Origin: Octopus bimaculoides
Lineage: Eukaryota
Reading direction: 5' to 3'
Length of the DNA stretch: 53,367 nt
NCBI RefSeq assembly: GCF_001194135.2
Contig: NC_068985.1
Coordinates: 81,125,646 to 81,179,012 of the forward strand
Of the stretch, positions 47,625 through 53,367 are shown one piece after another (within the stretch, counting starts at the first letter, position 1; each line of letters starts with the position of its first letter). The notes under the pieces were generated by a model. The model was not told the origin of the DNA. It ran no database searches and worked only from the letters and a program-made list of their open reading frames with translations. A program made the translations under genes and the position numbers.

Positions 47625-48697
47625 CTTTTAAATCAGCACAGACATCTGAAATAAGTAATTAGTGGAATGTAAAAGAAGTGTTGCTTCCATTCTAACTGTG
47701 GTGAGATTGTAGAGATGGCAGAGCATCAGACTAAATAGCATTTCGTTTTACTCCATGCCCTTTACTGTTAGATCAAATTTTATTGAAATCAATTTCCTCT
47801 TTTATCAAGTTTATTACTTGATGAAATAAGTACTGGTAGTATACCAAAGTTGATGCAATCAATTTTAGTTTTACTTTATAATTATGATTTTGTGTTGGCA
47901 TTATCCATTTTCTACTCTTAGGTTTACTGAGCAAAATACATTTATCTGAATATGATGGGAATCAATAAATATTATGTATTTATAATGTTGCTGTGTTGTG
48001 CTATCTGCTGCTATTTGTTAACCTGATCAAAAATCTATTTGGTTAGTGGTTAGCAATAGAAAGGACATCTGGCTATAAAACAATTGCTTCACTAAATAAA
48101 TCATCATATGTATAGTGGAGTGAATATGAAATGAGAAAAGAAATGAAGTATTAAATTACCAAAATACTCCTGTAGATCAAAAATTTCCTGTGTAAATGGG
48201 TGTAACTTGACAATTTTGTTTTTAGAAATCAAATATCAACACCCAGGCTTGATGCTGTGTTTGTGTGCTAGCAACTCTAACTTCGTAACTGTTGAGTATT
48301 TGAATGTTCAACTAATGAACCAAGAGTGAATTTTTATTATTTTTATTTTGGTGTGTGTAGCTTATCATAACGAATGTAAGATTTATCACCTTAAGTCATA
48401 AGATTGCTGCTATTGTTGATGAATGAAAATTTTGCCAAACAACTTAACAGTATTCTTAATTCAGTGAATGTTAATAAGTTTTATCTAAAGAGGACAATGA
48501 CTAATTACTTGTTTGCTTTCCTGTACACAAAGTCTTCCAGAAACCTTAATCCGGTTATAAATAGCTTGCTAAGACTATTTGTTATAGAGAGCATGAACAA
48601 ATTTTTTGACATTGATATTTATTTCGCATGCTGCTAATGACATTTCGAATTTTTAAATTGAAAGAAATTACAACTTGGGCTGCGTTTTTCCACTCAC

Positions 48698-48705
48698 CTT
48701 GCCAT
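48698..48705 (-). CDS. Candidate first coding exon of a minus-strand gene (ATG GCA AG|GTGAGT)
   Basis: Minus strand reads ...ggaaacaATGGCAAG|gtgagtgg: good start context, consensus donor and a purine-rich upstream segment. Confidence 0.25.
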
Positions 48706-49053
48706 TGTTTCCATTTCCCTCCTTTCCTCTTACCCCTCCTTCCTTTCTGAAATATTAATTATGCAAAACAAAATTCAACCTGCAATCAAATTCATAATTC
48801 CTGTGATGCTGGATTAATTTACTAGAAATAGATTATAGTTTCTTTAACGAAATTATGATTATAAAGAAAAAAAATCAAATCAAACAGTAACAGTCAGAGA
48901 AATGATAGATATGTGAGGGATAATGTTGTTGAGTGAAAATGTTTAATGTTACAATGTGAGAATACTATTACTTTTTCTAATGAAAAGACACTATAAGATT
49001 TATGTTTCTTTTGTTTTCACTGATTTGTTTTAGTTTAGTTTTTGTATCTGCAG

Positions 49054-49143
49054 TCAAGACAACAAATTGCCTCCTTATTAATACGACAAGACTATCAACA
49101 GCCAGTCCCTAAGCCAGTGATAATGCCATGCAGAGATGATTAA
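49054..49143 (+). CDS. Candidate terminal exon (phase 0: SRQQIASLLIRQDYQQPVPKPVIMPCRDD*; phase 2: QDNKLPPY*)
   Basis: Strong acceptor tagtttttgtatctgCAG; the phase-2 reading is compatible with the donor at 42203. Confidence 0.3.
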   Translation, partial: SRQQIASLLIRQDYQQPVPKPVIMPCRDD

Positions 49144-49970
49144 AGGTTATTTATATTACAAAGGATATGTATTTCATCAAAGTTTTACAGAGGATTGTAT
49201 ATGTCCAGAGGTGGGGAGGAGAATAGTTGATTTATTTATTTTTATCTGAAGACTGTTATCATGATGAGGTTTTGTTGATTGAACTATGTGACTGAGAATA
49301 TAATGCTACTTTACAATCATCGATCCACTTTCTATGTGAGTCTGGCAGTTTCACTTCTCATTATTATTGTCATCATTGGCAACGGCTAAAAGTATATTAA
49401 TTTCTTTGGTCATTTTTTTCCCCTCATAAAGTTGGAGTAGCAAATATAATAAATGTGCACTCTTTTAGAAATATGTTCAACACCTGTAGAGGGCCAAATG
49501 GAATCATTTATGGTTGTTAAAAAATTCTTCAAGGTGGTGTCCTAGCATGGCTGCAGTCTAATGACTGAAACAAGTAAAAGATGAAAGATTATATTATTTG
49601 TAACTATATAAAATGAAGGAACCTCCTGCAAACTAAGGAGTGGTGATTCCTGAATTTCCTTGTATATGGAATCTCTACTTTGTTCAGAGAAGTGGTACAT
49701 AATTCTGTTTTATAACACAAGAAGTAAATGCTATTGTGTCATCTGTTACTCCCATAACATTTGTCCTGAATGAAATACCTCTGATAAAATTATTTGAATG
49801 TCTCTTACTTATAGGTGCAGGCATGGCTGTGTGGTAAGAAGCTGGTTCCCCACCACATAGTTCTGGGTTCAGTTCCACTGTGTGGTAACTTGGGCAAGTG
49901 TCATTGACTATAGCCCTGGGCCAATCAGAAACTTGCGAGTGGATTTTGTAGACAGAAACTGAAAGATATA

Positions 49971-50207
49971 CTGAAAGGCAGCGAGCTGGCAGAAACGTTA
50001 GCACCGCGGGCGAAATGCTTAGCGGTATTTCGTCTGCCGCTACGTTCTGTGTTCAAATTCCGCCGAGGTCGGCTTTGCCTTTCATCCTTTCGGGGTCAAT
50101 TAAATAAGTACCAGTTACGCACTGGGTTCGATATGATCGACTTGATCCGTTTGTCTGTCCTTGTTTGTCTCCTCCATGTGTAGCCCCTTGTGGGCAGTAA
50201 AAAAATA
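49971..50207 (+). mobile_element. Young family D SINE inserted into a family B SINE (49810-49970)
   Basis: 17-bp duplication AGAAACTGAAAGATATA at 49954-49970 and 50208-50224; CpG-rich. Confidence 0.9.
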
Positions 50208-50702
50208 AGAAACTGAAAGATATATATCATTATNNNNNNNNNNNNNNNNNNNNNNNNNNNNNNNNNNNNNNNNNNNNNNNNNNNNNNNNNNNNNNNNNNN
50301 NNNNNNNNNNNNNNNNNNNNNNNNNNNNNNNNNNNNNNNNNNNNNNNNNNNNNNNNNNNNNNNNNNNNNNNNNNNNNNNNNNNNNNNNNNNNNNNNNNNN
50401 NNNNNNNNNNNNNNNNNNNNNNNNNNNNNNNNNNNNNNNNNNNNNNNNNNNNNNNNNNNNNNNNNNNNNNNNNNNNNNNNNNNNNNNNNNNNNNNNNNNN
50501 NNNNNNNNNNNNNNNNNNNNNNNNNNNNNNNNNNNNNNNNNNNNNNNNNNNNNNNNNNNNNNNNNNNNNNNNNNNNNNNNNNNNNNNNNNNNNNNNNNNN
50601 NNNNNNNNNNNNNNNNNNNNNNNNNNNNNNNNNNNNNNNNNNNNNNNNNNNNNNNNNNNNNNNNNNNNNNNNNNATATATATATATATATATATACATAT
50701 AT

Positions 50703-51375
50703 ACGATGGGCTTCTTTCAGTTTCTGTCTACCAAATCCACTCACAAGGCTTTGGTCGGCCCGAGGTAATAGTAGAAGACACTTGCCCTAGAGGTACCACG
50801 CAGTGGGACTGAACCCAGAGCCGTGTGGTCCATAAGCAAGCTACTTACCACACAGCTACTCCTATGCCTATATATATATGTATGTTTGTATGTATGTATG
50901 TATATGTTTGTGTGTGCATGTGTATGTGTGTCAGCGTTTGTCCCTCCACTATCGCTTAACAACCAATGTTGCTGTGTTTACATCCCTGTCATTTAGTGGT
51001 TTGGCAAAAGAGCCTGAAAGAATTACAAAGGCTTACAAAGATCGGCTTACAAAGAATAAGTCCCGGGGTCGATTTGTTTGACTAAATGTGGTGCACCAGC
51101 ATGGCTACAGTTAAATGGCTGAAACAAGTAAAATGAAAACAAATATATATGTGTGTGTCTGTCTGTCTGTCTGTCCCCCTCCACCATTTGACAACCAGTG
51201 TTGGTTTGTTTACATGTCCCATAGAGTAGCAGTTTGGCACAAAATGACCGATAGAATAAGAAACAGGCTTTAAAAAATAAATACATACTGGGATCGATTC
51301 ATTTGACTAAAAGTTCTTCAATGTGGTGCCCCAGTATGGCCACAGTCCAATGACTGAAACAGATCAAAGATAAAA
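50703..51375. mobile_element. SINE cluster: family B (-) at 50703-50870, two family C tails (+) at 50930-51135 and 51170-51375
   Basis: Recurrent B and C motifs as above. Confidence 0.75.
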
Positions 51376-51654
51376 GATATTAAAGTCAAAATGAATAATG
51401 GATTTATGATGATCTTGTATACATCCTCTGTGGAACTGTAAAGTAATTCTTGATATTATGGAAGAAAAATTTGAGTATAGTGAAATGACATAAGTAATCA
51501 AAAATGATACGAAGGAATCATTCAGTTGATTATTTAAATAACCATGGTAGATTGTGTTTGATTAGAAATGAAAGGATTGTTAATACAGTTGGCCTCAGAG
51601 AGTAGTTGTTGACAAGAGAATTGTATTTCCTTTGAGTTTTATTTTAATACAGAC

Positions 51655-51830
51655 TGAAGCACAGGAATAGCTGTGTGGTAGGAAGTTTACTTTCCAGCCA
51701 CATGGTTCCTGGTTCAGTTCCAGTGTGTCGTATTTTGAGCAAGAGTCTTCTGTTGTACCCTCAGGACAACAAAAACCTTTGAGTAAATTTGGTACATGGA
51801 AACTGAAAGAAGCTTGTCATATATATATGT
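51655..51830 (+). mobile_element. SINE family B head/body
   Basis: agctgtgtggtaggaagtttactttccagccacatggttcctggttcagttcc...ttggtacatggaaactgaaagaagc. Confidence 0.75.
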
Positions 51831-51854
51831 GTCTTTTTTTGTGTGTCTCTCCTC

Positions 51855-51895
<41 letters not shown>

Positions 51896-52029
51896 TATAT
51901 ATATATNNNNNNNNNNNNNNNNNNNNNNNNNNNNNNNNNNNNNNNNNNNNNNNNNNNNNNNNNNNNNNNNNNNNNNNNNNNNNNNNNNNNNNNNNNNNNN
52001 NNTCTCTTTCTTTCTTTTTTCAGCACTTC

Positions 52030-52330
52030 ACACTCACTATCACTTCATACTAAAACTCTCCGCCTATGGATATAATAATCGATTCCTTTACTATTTCTGT
52101 CTCCGATGAAGGGAAGTACTGGATCTTCCCAGAAACAGCTGTAAGACTCTATCCATAAAATTATATTTCCAACCTTACCATTGCTCTCTTTATCCTTTAT
52201 ATATTTATATATGCACACGCTAATACACGACTTATAATCCCCAATCCTGTTCATACAACGACTGGGGCAAAACTAGTCGGTATACAGCACTTACTCGGTA
52301 TTACCTGTATCCTTTTGGGTTTGGTTAAAT
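52030..52330 (+). mobile_element. Penelope-like terminal segment
   Basis: Contains the hammerhead-like motif at 52099-52147; CpG-retaining. Confidence 0.55.
52099..52147 (+). ncRNA. Minimal type I hammerhead-ribozyme-like motif
   Basis: Stem I GTCT(52099-52102)/AGAC(52144-52147); core CCGATGA(52103-52109, U4 to C); perfect stem II GGGAAG/CTTCCC with a flanking A on each side; GAAA(52132-52135); palindromic stem III ACAGCTGT(52135-52142); GTA triplet ending at 52143. Confidence 0.65.
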
Positions 52331-52349
52331 CCAATACCCTCCTCAACCT

Positions 52350-52386
<37 letters not shown>

Positions 52387-52914
52387 ATCTATAAATATAA
52401 AAAATGGAACTAAAACGCAATAGGAGACAATAAAACATTCGGACAGATAGTCGATACAAAGGGGGACAGGAGAAACGACAATTAGAAGGACAGGCAAAAA
52501 AAGGCAGGTCATTTGTGGCCTTCTTTCCTCAGTCAAGTACCAGAAGTCATAACCGCCTTGGGCAGTTACACTTGAAACAGTTTGATCTGGTTGCCCTCCA
52601 GAAAGTCTAAGCTAAGATCATTAGACCTTTTTGTAAGAAAGCTAGCAAATGTGTACGGCAACAAAGACAAAAACCAGAGAACATGGTACACAATTACAAA
52701 TACAAACACAAGAAAATAACAAGTGTCTTTTGACTGAGAACGAATCAAATTGAGCTGGTGTGTCTGAAGTAAAAGCCTAAAGGCAGGAACATAGGAGATG
52801 GACATAAGAGGTTTTGGCAGTTGGCAGTCAGGCCAAGAAAGAAAGATTATGGCTGGCTGGACACAAGTCACATGGAAGGAGGAGAGAGGGGTAGGGAGCA
52901 TGTGTGTATCTTTG

Positions 52915-53120
52915 CATCTGTGTCTGTCTCCATCATACCACTTGACAACCAGTGCAGGTGTGTTCACATCCTCAAAACTTAGTAGTTTGGCTACAGAGGC
53001 TGATAGAATAAGTGCTGGACTTAAAAAAAGTCCTGGGATCGATTTGTTTGACTAAAATTCTTCAAGACAGTGCCCCAGCATGGCCACAGTCGAATGACTG
53101 AAACAAGTAAAAGATGAAAG
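52915..53120 (+). mobile_element. SINE family C tail
   Basis: cttgacaaccagtgcaggtgtgttcacatcc...gtgccccagcatggccacagtcgaatgactgaaacaagtaaaagat. Confidence 0.8.
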
Positions 53121-53367
53121 ATGTCATCAGTAAATCATAAATCTGAAACAGAAATTTGCTCTAAGTTATAGAACAGTGGAGTATTTTGACAAAGATAGTT
53201 ATGATCGCATGATCCCTATAAACCAGCCATAATTATCTTTATCTAAATATATATATATATACATATGTATGTATGTATGTAAGTATTTGTGTGTGTATGT
53301 ACGTGTGTGTGTGTGTGCGTGTTAGTATACATAATATTCCACCAGTGATGCCCATATGATGAGATCG

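Noticed and set aside
52500-52560. Minus-strand CTGAGGA...CAAATGAC, possible sixth hammerhead
   Set aside because: GAAA is absent (CAAA) and I cannot draw stems I and III; at most a decayed PLE terminus.

Overview
AT-rich, microsatellite-dense eukaryotic genomic DNA with eight assembly gaps (14578-14697, 15348-16012, 19715-19724, 24907-25186, 36343-36824, 39680-39774, 50234-50674, 51907-52002). The repeat families look like those I recall from octopus genomes, so a coleoid cephalopod (probably Octopus) is my inference, not verified by search. There is no intact long ORF. Most ORF-track entries are microsatellite, gap or transposon-fragment artefacts. The window is a mostly intronic or intergenic mosaic of decayed mobile elements: a Tigger/pogo DDE transposase, an hAT-Charlie (GTF2IRD2/EPM2AIP1-like) transposase, a piggyBac 3' end and piggyBac MITEs, a mariner MITE, three Dong/R4-clade LINE pieces, an L1/Tx1 fragment, RTE 3' tails, several tRNA-derived SINE families (often nested, with visible target-site duplications) and Penelope-like element (PLE) termini. 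Several short splice-site-flanked open exon candidates suggest one or two unidentified host genes on the + strand. The strongest hidden signal is a set of four or five type I hammerhead-ribozyme-like motifs in unrelated PLE-type termini. Four have or imply a loop-less or near-palindromic stem III, and several have non-canonical cores. PLE-associated minimal hammerheads are known in animals; the core variants here are what deserve testing. I cannot support a claim of a wholly new biological system from this sequence alone.
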